Origin: Centroscyllium fabricii
Taxonomy: Eukaryota
Length of the DNA: 64,000 nt
Direction: 5' to 3'
Assembly (NCBI GenBank): GCA_051313645.2
Contig: JBNRSN020000025.1
Location: 31,310,001-31,374,000, forward strand
The notes under the pieces were generated by a model that worked only from the letters and a program-made list of their open reading frames with translations, was not told where the DNA came from and searched no databases. The position numbers and the translations under genes were made by a program. Below, one piece after another: positions 34,817-47,252 of this stretch. The stretch's first letter is position 1. Every line of letters begins with the position of its first letter.

Positions 34817-35163
34817 CAGGTTGAGCACTGGTAATCCAGCACCCTTGGGACCAGGCCGGTGCCGGACCATTGAAAATCCCGAACCACTGAAGGTTCGGGG
34901 GAGCGCGCGGGTAGAACACTCCCCAGGGCCCGGAGCGCATGGGTAGAACACTCCCCGGGAGGGAGCCCGGGGATAGAACACTTAGAACACCTAGAAAAGA
35001 AGCAACCCAAACGCTCGACGCCTTCGCTGCTCGCCCACCCTTCGCAGGAAACGGTGGCGCCGCCAAGCGGCTGCTCCGCAAACCGAAGACAGCCAGTTTC
35101 CATTCATGCCGGACCACTGAAGGTGCCGGACCATCGGGTGCCGGATTACCGGTGCTCAACCTG
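34817..35163. mobile_element. pogo/Tigger-like MITE
   Basis: TA-CAGGTTGAGCAC…GTGCTCAACCTG-TA, with about 30-bp GGGTAGAACACTCCCC repeats. Close to 55914-56233. Confidence 0.9.
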
Positions 35164-35989
35164 TACCTTGGAAGTGTGAATGCAGGTTGATTAAGGCATA
35201 AAAAGCATCAACAACATTTTAGATTTTATAAATTGGGCACAGAGTGCAAGGGCAAAGAGGTCACAATAAATTTGCACGAAACAAGGCTTAAGCCACAGGA
35301 GTGCGATGGGCAATTTTGGGCACCCCGTTATAGTAAGGATACTAAAGCTGTAGCATGCTACAGTGTTGATTCAATAGGATGTTACCTGACATGAGAAACT
35401 ATACTTACGAGGAGAGACAAATCAATGAAGCCAGCCACCTCATTCATGGGGAGCGGGCAGGGAAGTGGCATTGAGCACAAGATCAGCCATGGTCTTATTG
35501 AATGGCGGAGCAGGCTCGAGGGGCCAAGTGGCCTATTCCTGCTCCTATTTCTTAGGTTCTTAATTCCAAAACTCCTAGGTGACTAACATCCGGGGACAGT
35601 GATTCTTGATTGACAGCTGTGTCTGGGGTGAAGATGTGGGTGAGGACTATAAGTAGGGGCAGCGTCAACAATCCTGTGCAGTTCCTTTGATGGACAATTT
35701 ATTGTCCAGAGGTGTTTAATTATGGATTCCTGTTGGGCTACGTGTCCTGAGCTCGGCAGCTGGCACAAAGCGTGGGCTGGTTTGATTCTACAGTAGCATT
35801 TCGCCATGTAAGAAGTGAGCAAACGTTTTCAAGTGTGTTGTATTGAGAAACAGCTCGGGGGGGGGAAATGCCTTTATTGCTTTTGATGAATGTAACACGA
35901 GGAACAGCAATGTTTCCAAATGCATTGTTTTGCACTGAATACTGTTCATTTGCATAGAATTACATAGAATAATGAGCAGCGGCAATATA

Positions 35990-37135
35990 AACTAAAGGGT
36001 ACAATTCTAAAGGGGGCGCGTGAACAGAGAGACCTGGGGTATTTGTGCACAGATCGTTGAAGGTGGCAGGGCAGGTTGAGAAAACGGTTAAAAAAGCAAA
36101 CAGGATCCTGGGCTTCATTAATAGAGGTATAGAGTACAGAAGCAAGGAAGTTATGATGAACCTTTATAAAACACTGGTTCAGCCTCAACTGAGGTATGGT
36201 GTCCAATTCTGGGCGCCGCACTTTAGGAAGGATGTGAAGGCCATAGAGAGGGTGCAGGAAAGATTTACAAGAATGGTTCCAGGGATGAGGGACTTCAGTT
36301 ATGTGGATAGACTGGAGAAACTGGGGTTGTTCTCCTTGGAGCAGAGAAGGTTGAGAGGAGATTTGATAGGTGTTCAAAATCATGATGGGTCTAGACAGAG
36401 TAGATAGAGAAACTGTTCCCATTGGCAGAAGGGTCGAGAACCAGAGGACACAGATTTAAGGTGACTGGCAGAAGAACATAGACATAGAAACATAGAAACT
36501 AGGAGCAGGAGTAGGCCATTCGGCCCTTCGAGCCTGCTCCGCCATTCAATGAGATCATGGCTGATCATCCAAACCCAGTACCCCGCCCCTGCCCTCTCCC
36601 CATATCCCTCGACCCCTATTAAGCCTCCATCGTCACATATCCCACCCTATCCCCATAACCCCACATATTCAAACCCCCTAACACTAAGGGTCAATTTATC
36701 CTGGCCAATCAACCTAACCCGCACATCTTTGGACTGTGGGAGGAAACCGGAGCACCCGGAGGAAACCCACGCAGACACGGGGAGAATGTGCAAACTCCAC
36801 ACAGATAGTACCCGAGGCTGGATTTGAACCCGGGTCTCCAGTGCTGTGAGACAACAGTGCTAACCACTGTGCCACCGTGCCGCCCAACCAAAGGCAACAT
36901 GAGGAAAAACATTTTTACGCAGCAAGCAGTTAGAATCTGCCTGAAAGGGTGGTGGGGGCAGGCTCAATCGTGGCTTTCAAAAGGGAATTGGATAAATACC
37001 TGAAGGAAAAAAATTTGCAGGGCTGCGGGGAAAGGACGGGGGAGCGGGACTAGCTGAAGTGCTCTTGCAGAGAGCCAGCACGGGCTCGACGGGCCAAACG
37101 GCACCCTTCTGTGCTGTAATTATTTTATGATTCTA
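35990..37135 (+). mobile_element. CR1 3' fragment interrupted by an HE1 SINE
   Basis: ORF 36045-36407. Sequence resumes at 36886. Confidence 0.88.
36475..36885 (-). mobile_element. HE1-type V-SINE
   Basis: Full tRNA head, V domain and CR1 tail. Confidence 0.9.
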
Positions 37136-38520
37136 TATGCAGCACAGAAACAGGCGATTTGACCCAACTAGACTCTGCTGGTGTTTGTGCTTCACACGAG
37201 TCTCCTCCTATTCTCTCTAACTCATCTCAGCCTTTCAGCATATCGTGCTATTTCCTTTTCTCTCATGTACTCGTCGAGTTTCCTTTTGAAAGCCTTTTAG
37301 CTGTTCGCTTCGACCATTTCCTGTGGTAGTGAGTTCCACATTCAAACCACTCTCTGAGTAAAGAAAGTTCTCCTTATTTCCCAATTGGATTTATTAGTAA
37401 CTATCTTGTATTTACGGCCCGTAGTTTTGGATTCTCCCACAAGTGGAAGGAAACATTCTCTCCACATCTAACCAGTCCAACCCATTCACAATATCAGGTC
37501 CCCTCTAAATCTTTTCTTTTCTAAGGAAAAAGATATTTTGTGTGTGCCGACAACAACCTGGCACTGAACACCAAGAAAACTAAGGAGATCATAGTGGACT
37601 TCCGGAGGACTGGAAGCAGAAGACACACCCCCATCTTCATCCAAGGGGCTGAGGGGGAAAGGGTGTCCAGCTTCAAGTTCCTCGGGGTCCACATCTCGGA
37701 AGATCTCTCCTGGTCACTAAACACCTCCTCTCTGGTTAAGACGGCCCAACAGCGCCTGTACCTCCTAAGGAAGCTGAAGAAAGCCAGGCTGTCATCCGGC
37801 ATCCTCTCCAACTTCTACCGCTGCACAATCGAAAGCATACTGACAAGCTGCATCACAGTCTGGTATGGAAATTGCACCATCTCGGACCGGAAGACCCTGC
37901 AGCGGGTAGTCAAAACTGCCCAACGAATCACTGGTATCCAGCTACCGTCAATTGAAAGCATCTACCTCAAACGCTGCCTACGGAGGTCTCTGAACATTAT
38001 TAAAGACCCCACACACCCCAGCCACAGTCTGTTCGCCCCCCTGCCCTCCGGGAGACGCTACAGATCAATTCGCACCCGCACAACTAGATTTAAGAACAGC
38101 TTCTTCCCCAGGGCTGTCAGCCTCCTGAACTCTAAAAAAAAAAACAAAAAAAAAACTCCGGTACCTGCACACCTGAAAATGTACTTTACTGTATGCAATC
38201 TGCATGTAATTTATTTGCACTACTCTTTGGAGCGGCGAGTCTTCATCTCGTTGTATTGTACTAGTACTCTGCAATGACAATAAAACTTGAATTGAATTGA
38301 ATTGACCCTAATCTGTTCAATCTTTCCCGGTAGCTGTAATCTCTCAGTTCTGGTACCACCTTGTAAATCTTTTTTGCGCTTTCGCTAGTGCTTCGATGTC
38401 CTTTTTAACAGTGTGGAGACCAGAACTGTGCGCAGTACTCGAAGGGTGTCTTGAACAGGGTCCTATATAAGTTTAACATAACTTCACCACTTTTGAATTC
38501 TATACGCCGAGAAATAAATT
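37136..38520 (-). mobile_element. old CR1 3' fragment interrupted by Rex1/Babar
   Basis: FSLEKKRFRGDLI remnant. Resumes after 38305. Confidence 0.7.
37540..38305 (+). mobile_element. Rex1/Babar LINE, 5'-truncated RT
   Basis: ORF 37540-38277 is closely similar to 14734-15363. (TTGAA)n tail. Confidence 0.9.
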
Positions 38521-38560
38521 ACTTGTTCTACATGAAATAAATTCCCTGTTGGTTTACTGG

Positions 38561-38711
38561 CTTCTTCTTCTTCTTGTCGTATCTTCTTTCGAAGGGGTGG
38601 ATGGAGTTTTTAACAGACCGGTTAACGGTCTGCCTTTTGACCGCGCGTTAGCGCCTCCTCCGTGGTCACTGCCTGCTATTGCACCTGGTCTTCCCCGATG
38701 GTCTCCCATCC

Positions 38712-38744
<33 letters not shown>

Positions 38745-38760
38745 CGAGGTCGACTTGGGA
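38561..38760 (-). mobile_element. 5S rRNA-derived SINE (SINE3) with (AAG)n tail
   Basis: Minus strand TCGGAAGCTAAGCAGAGTCAGGCCTGGTCAGTACTTGGATGGGAGACC matches the 5S internal control region, then about 100 bp of body and AGAAGAAGAAG. Confidence 0.8.
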
Positions 38761-39463
38761 TGATATATATTCAATGTGCCGACCAATGGCGGAGAGAATC
38801 ACAGAGCAGCACATGGTATAATACAGTAAGCTGGAGCAGAGTGCCAGGGTTCTCTTCCATCCTTGGGTCTCATGGCTTTTCTTCCATTGACATACCAGGC
38901 ACACAAATTTCATACGAACACGTAAACGTGTTTGTTATTAATATCACATAGCACGATTTCAGCCCGTGTGTACATCCTGGTCTGTTCAAACCTTTCTGAT
39001 TGTCCATAATTATTTCATTGAATTAATCCTGATAAATCTGCTGGCAACAAAATTCTATACTTGGAACAGGAATTCTATCAACTGCTTATTAAAAAATAAC
39101 GACCAACTTGTAACGTTTGTACCCTGAGCCCATTTAATCACTCCAGTTTCAACTGGATCTTAATGAAACAGTTCATTAAAGAGAATCACGTCTTTTACAG
39201 GCAGCTGTTAATAAGTGAAGGATGACCGGCATGTGCCTGACTGAAAGGATTCAGAATACTGAATGCCATTCAGTCTAAGCCTTAATATTGCCCCCATGTC
39301 ATGGAATATTCTTCTAACACCAACCTCACAAATCGGATAAGCAACCCCTCTCTCATCTGTAGTATCTATCCTTCTGTGTGTATCTCAACCTTTTTTGTCT
39401 CTTTCTATTTTATCGATACTACTTTGCTCATTGCTCATCTGAACTTTCCTCGTTGGTTCCCCT

Positions 39464-39786
39464 TAGAATCTTAGAATCATAGAATCCCTACAGTACAGAC
39501 AGAGGCCATTTCGGCCCATCGAGCCTGCACCGACACATATCCCACCCTATTCCCGTAACCCCACACATTCAATCCCCCTAACACTAAGGGTCAATTTATC
39601 ATGGCCAATCAACCTAACCCGCACATCTTTGGACTGTGGGAGGAAACCGGAGCACCCGGAGGAAACCCACGCAGACACGGGGAGAATGTGCAAACTCCAC
39701 ACAGACAGTCACCCGAGGCTGGATTTGAACCCGGGCTGCTGGCGCTGTGAGGCAACAGTGCTGATCACTATGCCACCGTGCCGCCC
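39464..39786 (-). mobile_element. HE1-type V-SINE, alternative CR1 tail
   Basis: tRNA head, V domain and a (GATTCTA) tail. Confidence 0.88.
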
Positions 39787-39871
39787 ATCAGGTGAAGGAG
39801 CAACGCTCCGAAAGCTTGTGATTTCAAATAAAACTGTTGGGCTATAACCTGGTGTTGTGTGACTTCTTACA
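39787..39871 (+). mobile_element. PLE terminus fragment with degenerate hammerhead
   Basis: ggagcaacgctccGAAAgcttgtg…AATAAA…cttcttaca, the same end point as the arms ending at 3430 and 27746. Confidence 0.8.
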
Positions 39872-40149
39872 TTAATCTATCAACACACCTGCTTCCACAT
39901 TCTTCCTATTCCGTGAATCTTCGCTGTGTTGAACTCGAGACTTACTGCGCCATCGCCAACTCTCTCTCGTTATAGCTCAAGATTCCTAAACTACAGAACT
40001 CCTCACCTCCCTCAGTCTCCCGTTCCTCCCACAATCAAACTTGGCGTCGCCTAATCTCTATTCCATCTTTTCTCTTACACTCAACTTCATTGGTGCCCCG
40101 CACCAAGAGCCTTAGCCCTTGGCCTAAGCTTCTCAATACAAAAAAAAAT

Positions 40150-40879
40150 GGCCCAGAAATTACCCTCTGATGCTTGCTGCGGGTGCAAGGCTCCGAACTG
40201 CACTTACAGAGCGCACCTGCCGTTGTCCTGTTCTGGGGTTTGAAATCCCGATATTCTGGCCGGCTCCAAGCTCCAAGCGCCGTGCTGAGGCAACTCAGTG
40301 GCGTTGTTTGTGGACAAGCACCGCATGGGACCACGTGGTCCGCGGGAGCCAATCACTAACAAGGATCCTCCATTCAAAGTTATGAATTACAAGAGCCCCA
40401 AAAACACACTAAACAATAAAATAAATTTTTTAAAAACACCACATTTTTTAACATTACTATTCCTAACATAAATAACCTATTTTAAAGAAAAAATAAAAAT
40501 TTAGAATTTTTTTAAAAAGTTTTTAACTGGCCTATAAGAACACTTACCTGTCTTTAAAGTTTAAAAAAATTAAAAACCTGTTAAAAAAAATACTTAAGTT
40601 CTATAAAATAAAGACTTACCTGCTAAAAACGGGTGGTTACTGCTGATATTTTTCAGCGTAAAATCTTCAATACTTACCCCGATAAAAAACTCGGAAATCC
40701 ACTGCGCACTTCCTGGTGCGCAGGTGAACGCAATCCAGCCGGCTGCAGCTCGCGATCCCCCGCTGGCCATCATCAGAATTACAGGTAGCAGCGGGAAACG
40801 GCTGCTACCTGCAATTCAGAGCTCGGGTGCGTGAGTACCCGGCTGAAAAACCTCCTGCGGTCACCCTAATTTTTGGGCC
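40150..40879. mobile_element. PIF/Harbinger-like MITE
   Basis: GGCCCAGAAATTA / TAATTTTTGGGCC TIRs with AAT/ATT flanks. Confidence 0.78.
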
Positions 40880-40991
40880 ATTGTGTACTGTACATGTTCA
40901 GGTGTTGGCACCAAGAGATATCCGAGGTGTTACACTCTGCGTGGGCAGGGAAAGGTATTTCTTTTTGTTTAAATTAAGTTTTCCCCTCCCT

Positions 40992-42243
40992 TACATGTAC
41001 ATAGATCCCTGAAGGCAGCAGGACAGGTAGATAAGGTGGTTAAAAAGGCATATGGGATACTTGCCTTCATTAGCCAAGGCATAGAATATAAGAGCAGGGA
41101 GGTTATGATGGAGCTGTACAAAACACTGGTAAGGCCACAGCTGGAGTACTGTGTGCAGTTCTGGTCGCCACACTATAGGAAGGATGTGATTGCTTTGGAG
41201 AGGGTGCAGAGGAGATTCACCAGGATGTTACCTGGGCTGGAGCGCTTCAGCTATGAAGAAAGATTGGACAGGCTAGGGTTGTTTTCCTTGGAGCAGAGAA
41301 GGCTGAGGGGGGACCTGATTGAGGTGTACAAAATTATGAGGGGCATAGATAGAGTGGATAGAAAGGAACTTTTTCCCTTCGTAGAGGGGTCAATAATAAT
41401 AATAATTCAACTTTTATTCTCATTATACAATGTACAAGTACATGAACAATGAAATGTGATTTTGCAAGCTCCCAAGAGTCCAGCTGCGACTGTGCGCGCC
41501 GCCATTCCATCTTTCCATCATTCCGACAATCTTCGCCAACCGCCCCTCCCCGGGGCTCCTTTCGTGACCTTCTGCACCTGGTATTCCCTGGTGGTCACCT
41601 ATCCAAGTACTAACCAGGCCTGGCTCTGCTTAGCTTCCAAGCCTTGCCAGTGACCCTGTCCCGAGTCCCAGGAACAGGGGGGCATAGTTTCAAGGTAAGG
41701 GGCAGGAGGTTTAGAGGGGATTTGAGGAAGAACTTTTTCACCCAGAGAGAGGTTGGAATCTGGAACTCACTGCCTGAAAGGGTGGTAGAGGCAGGAACCC
41801 TCACAACATTCAAGAAGCATTTAGATGAGCACTTGAAATGCCATAGCATACAAGGCTACGGACCAAGTGCTGGAAAATGGGATTAGAATAGACTGGGCTT
41901 GATGGCCGGCGCGGACGTGATGGGCCAAATTGGACCTGGGTTTTTATCCGGTTTTTCGCCTCTCCCAGGAGATCACATGGTTCTTTGGGTGGGATGAAGG
42001 GTGATAGTGGTATGAAGGTTAGGGTAGGATCAGCCATGATCTTATTGGGTGGCAGAGCGGGCTCGGGGGGCCGATTGGCCTACTCCTGCTCCTATTTCTT
42101 GTGTTCTTATGTTCTTATGTTCAGCCATGAACGCATTAAATGGCGGTGCAGGCTCGAAGGACCGAATGGTCTACTCCTGCACCTATTTTCTATGTTTCTA
42201 TGTTTCTATGTTTCTGTGCTGTATAACTCTATGACTCTATGAC
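40992..42243 (+). mobile_element. CR1 3' fragment carrying a SINE3 insertion and nested CR1 tails
   Basis: ORF 41036-41452 and 41644-41886. Extra tails at about 41925-42214. Confidence 0.88.
41394..41672 (-). mobile_element. 5S rRNA-derived SINE with Rex1/Babar-like tail
   Basis: Minus strand GGAAGCTAAGCAGAGCCAGGCCTGGTTAGTACTTGGATAGG…GGGAATACCAGGTGC (5S), a body, then …catttcattg…AATAAAAGTTGAA(TTA)n. Confidence 0.8.
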
Positions 42244-43269
42244 CGACTCTCCCAAAGTGCTGAGTCTGCCTGGGTCGGTTCCATGGCTATTAGTACTTAA
42301 GGTAAATGACTATTCTACGCATGTAAGCTACGATACAGAGTGTCCGCAGGGTCTTCAGTCAAGGAGTGCGTCACAGCCCAACCTTGCCATTGCCTGACCT
42401 CCACACAAGCACTTCTTTTAGTGGAGAGTGAGCAGGTCACTCAGGGGATGCAGAAACCAATTTGGTGCCCCTATTGCCATTGGACTGAGGTAAGCTAACT
42501 CGGCAGGTGCTGGGAATTAAACCTGGGACCTCCTTACTCTGCATGGTGTCATACAATTGGCATCATTACCACTGCAGGAACTCAGGAAAGGTAATACCAA
42601 AGTTTCATTCATTGTAAATTGAAATAGGGCAGCTTCTGAAGAGATTATAAAAGAATTTATTACACTGTTAAATGCAACTTTTCCAGCAAAGCAATTTAAA
42701 TGCATCCAAAGTCTAATTACTTCTAACGACAGAATAAATTGGAATTCTATTAATAAGTATAAGTTTTGCATAATAAATTATCCATTTCTACATGTAATCT
42801 GAATAATTTAGCATTTCATTACAGAATAAATCATTTCTCTAATGTAATATTAATAAACTGCTGTGTTCTTTCAGTATTTCTGAAGCATCCTGACAACTAA
42901 GAACATAAGGACTTTAAGAATTTTTAGAACGGAGACAAGCCATTGTGTTCAACAAGCGTTCTATCTGCATCAATCTTCTCAACATGAGAAGCTTTCCTCT
43001 ATGTACAGTGGTTATGCAGATGTCATAGTTACTGGACTAATAATCCAGAGTTCAAATCCCAATATGGTAGTTTGACTATTTGAATTCAGTTTAGAAAAAA
43101 AATCTGCAAATAAAAAGCTGATATCAATAAAAGTGACCATAAGGCTGCCGGATGATCGTAAAAACCCAACTGGTTCATGAATGTTCTTTCGGGAAGGAAA
43201 CCTGTCATCCTTACCCAGTCTGGGCCCATATGTGACTCCAGTCCCACACCAACAAGGTCGGCTATTAAC

Positions 43270-46200
43270 CATGATGTGGAGGTGCCGGTGTTGGACTGGG
43301 GTGGACAAATGCAAGAAGTCACACAACACCAGGTTATAGTCCAACAGTTTTATTTGAAATCACAAGCTTTAGGAGCATAGCTCCTTCCTCAGGTGTTTAA
43401 GAGAGATTCATTAAAACTCAGCATATATAGGAGGGAGAGAGCAGTGTAATCTTTCCAACATCACACCTCAGTTGTCCTGGTACATGTTGGTACCAATGAC
43501 ATAGATAGGACAAGGAAGAAGGTTCTGTTACAGGAGTATGAGCAGCTAGGGGTCAAACTAAAAAACAGAACCTCAAGGGTAATAATCTCTGGATTATTAC
43601 CTGAGCCACGAGCGAATTTGGCTAGGGTAAATAAAATTAGGGAGTTAAATGCGTGGCTCAAAGACTGGTGTGGGAGAAGTGGGTTTTGCTTCTTGGGACA
43701 CTGGCACCAACTGGGACAGGAGAGAACTGTTCCGGTGGGACGGGCTTCACCTGAACTGGGCTGGGACCAGTGTCCTGGCGAATCATATAACAAGGGCTGT
43801 AGAGAGGGCTTTAAACGAATTAGTGCGGGGGGAGGTTTCAAGAGAGCAAATAAATAAAATGACACTGGAGAAGGTAATGGACATAGGTAACAATGGGGGA
43901 ATTAAAAGACAGAGTGTGTCAGGAAGGGAAAGAATGTATGGAGATAAAGGTAAAGTTGTAAAAAGGGAAAAAGCAGGAATGAAGTGTCAAACATATTTGA
44001 AAGTCCTTTATTTGAATGCATGTAGTATTTGTAACAAAATAGATGAGTTGACGGCACAAATAATTACATATGGGTATGATCTTGTGGCAATTACAGAAAC
44101 ATGGCTACAGGGTGACCAGGACTGGGAATTAAACATACAAGGGCATTTAACAATTAGGAGGGACAGGCAGGAAGGAAAGGGAGGTGGGGTGGCTATGTTA
44201 ATAAGGCAAGGAATCACGACAATACAGCGAAATGATATTGGCTCAAAGGATCAGGATAGTGAAACAGTTTGGGTGGAAATAAGAAATAATAAAGGGAAAA
44301 AAACACTGGTGGGCATAGTCTATAGGCCTCCAAACAGTTGAAACTCAGTTGGTCGGAGTATAAATCAGGAAATAGTTGGGGCTTGTAATAAGGGAACAGC
44401 TATAATTATGGGGGATTTTAACTTTCATATTGACTGGACGAATCACGTTGGACAGGGCAGCCTTGAGGAAGAGTTCATTGAGTGCATTAGGGATGGGTTC
44501 CTTGAACAGTACGTAACTGAGCCGACCAGGGGGAAAGCAATCCTAGATCTGGTCCTGTGTAATGAGACAGGATTAATAAAAAATGTCCTAGTAAAGGATC
44601 CCCTTGGAATGAGTGACCATAACATGGTCGAATTCCAAATTCAATTAGAGGGTGAGAGGGTTGGATCTCAAATAAGCGTACTGACCTTAAATAAAGGAGA
44701 CTATGATGGCATGAGAGCGGAATTGATTAAGGTGGACTGGGAAAACAGATTAAAGGGTAAGACGGTACATGATCATGTATTCAAGGAGTTATTTTACAAC
44801 TTTCAAGAAAAATATATTCCACTGAGGAAAAAAGGGTGTAAAAGAAAAAACAGCTATCTGTGGCTAAGTAAAGTAATAAAGGAGAGTATCCGACTAAAAA
44901 CAAGGTTATATAAGCTAGCTAAATCTAGTGGGAAGATAGAAGATCGGGAAGCTTTTAAAAGTCAGCAAAAAATAACAAAAAGATTGATTAAGAAAGGGAA
45001 GATAGATTATGAAAGTAAATTAGCAAAAAATATAAAAATAGATAGCAAGAGTTTCTATAGTTACTTAAAAAGAAAAAGGGTGGCTTGGTCCTTTAGAGGA
45101 TGAGACTGGGAAATTAATGGTAGGGGACATGGAGATGGCAAAAGCGCTGAACAAATATTTTGTATCAGTCTTTACAGTAGAGGACACTCAAAATATCCTA
45201 ACATTGGATAAACAGGTGGCTCTAGGGGGGGAGGAGCTAATTACGATTAAAGTCACTAAGGAAGTGGTACTCGGTAAAATAATGGGACTTAAGGAGGATA
45301 AATCCCCTGGATCTGATGGCTTACATCCTAGGGTCTTGAGGGAAGTGGCGGTAGGGATTGTGGATGCATTGGTAATAATTTTTCAAAACTCTCTGGACTC
45401 TGCAAATGTTCCGGCAGATTGGAAAACTGCTAATGTAACGCCTTTATTTTAAAAGGGAAAGACAGAAGGCTGGAAATTATAGACCAGTTAGCCTAACATC
45501 TGTGGTTGGCAAAATGTTAGAATCCATTATTAAGGAAACAGTAACAGGGCATTTGGATAAACATAATTTAATAGGACAAAGTCAGCATGGTTTTACAAAG
45601 GGGAAGTCATGTTTGACAAATTTGCTAGAGTTCTTTGAGGACATACCATACAGGGTGGATAAAGGGGAACCAGTGGATGTAGTGTATTTAGACTTCCAAA
45701 AGGCATTTGACAAGGTGCCACACAAAAGATTATTACTCAAGATAAAAAATCATGGGGTTGGGGGTAATATTCTGGCATGGGTGGAGGATTGGCTTTCTAA
45801 CAGAAAACAGAGAGTTGGGATAAATGGTTCGTTCTCAAACTGGCAGTCAGTGACTAGTGGTGTCCCGTAAGGGTCAGTGCTGGGACCCCAACTCGTTACA
45901 ATCTATATTAATGATTTGAAGGAAGGGACAAAGTGCAACATATCAAAGTTTGCAGATGACACAAAGATGGGAGGGAGGGTGATAAGTGAGGAGGACATTA
46001 AAAACCTTCAAAAGGACATAGATAGGCTGAGTGAGTGGGCAAAGATTTGGCAGATGGAGTATAATACTGGAAAGTGTGAAGTTATGCACTTTGGCAGGAA
46101 AAATAATAGAGCAAGTTATTATCTAAATGGAAAGAAACTGGAAAGTACTTCAGTGAAAAGGGATCTGGGGGTCCTGGTGCAGGAAACACAAAAAGTTAAT

Positions 46201-47252
46201 ATGCAGGTGCAGCAGGTGGTCAGGAAGGCCAACGGAATGTTGGCTTTTATTGCTAAGGGGATGGAGTATAAAAGCAGGGAGGTCTTGCTGCAGTTGTACA
46301 GGGTACTGGTGAGACCACACCTGGAATACTGCGTGCAGTTCTGGTATCCATATTTAAGAAAGGACATACTTGCTCTCGAGGCAGTGCAAAGAAGGTTCAC
46401 TAGGTTAATTCCAGGGATGAGGGGGCTAACATATGACGAGAAGCTGAGTAGATTGGGCCTCTAATCATTGGAGTTCAGAAGAATGAGAGGCGATCTTATT
46501 GAAACATATGAGATTGTGAGAGGGCTTGATTGGGTGGATGCGGTGAGGCTGTTCCCAATGGTGGGTGAAACTAGGACTAGGGGGCATGATCTTAAAATAA
46601 GGGGCTGCCATTTCAAAACTGAGATGAGGAGAAAATTCTTCACTCAGAGGGTGGTGGGGCTGTGGAATTTGCTGCCCCAGAGAGCTGTGAAAGCTACTAC
46701 ATTGAATAAATTTAAAACAGAGATAGACAGTTTCCTGGAAGTAAAGGGAATTAGGGGTTATGGTGAGCGGGCAGGTAAGTGGACGTGAGGCTGGGTTCAG
46801 ATCGGCCATGTGATCTACTGGACCAGTTTTCGATCGCCTGAATGGGTCGGAGAGGAATTTCCCAGATTTTTTCTCCCAAATTGGCCACTGGGTTTTTTAA
46901 TCTGGTTTTTCGCCTCTCCCGGGTGATCACATGGGTTTAGGCGGGATGGAGAGTAAAAATAAAATTGAGGTTAGGATCAGATCAGCCATGATCTTGTTGA
47001 ATGGCAGAGCAGGCTCGAGGGGCCGATTGGCCTACTCCTGCTCCTATTTCTTGTGTTCTTATGTTCAGAGAGACATACAAAGCAAACAAAGGCGTTTTAA
47101 CATATTGTAACATATCAATCAGGTACCAGCCTGAGATCAATGAGGTGTAGTCACAAAGGGTCAAATGTTGCAGTCTGGTGTCTGTGTGAAAACCCACAGA
47201 ATGATTTAAAAAAAAAAGATCTTTCTTACTGGAGATCGCCGCCGCAGAGAGT
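43270..47252 (-). mobile_element. PLE 3' fragment split by CR1 (43270-43471 and 47066-47252)
   Basis: Both pieces are colinear with the reverse complement of 50535-50920. TSD GGCTATTAAC at 43260-43269 and 47253-47262. Confidence 0.88.
43472..47065 (+). mobile_element. near full-length CR1 LINE (ORF1 esterase remnant, ORF2 APE endonuclease plus RT), inactivated
   Basis: VHVGTND…DGLHLN SGNH-esterase motifs. YLNA, ITETW, GGGVA, YRPP, GDFN, SDH endonuclease motifs, FADD RT motif. Several stops and frameshifts, CR1 tail. Confidence 0.95.

Noticed and set aside
38682-38750. 5S rRNA gene
   Set aside because: It is partial and diverged, has no T-run terminator and is fused to a SINE-like body. The same holds for 41572-41638.
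43649-44341. Apparent in-frame ORF1-ORF2 fusion in CR1
   Set aside because: Most simply a lost stop codon in a decayed copy that has many other stops and frameshifts.
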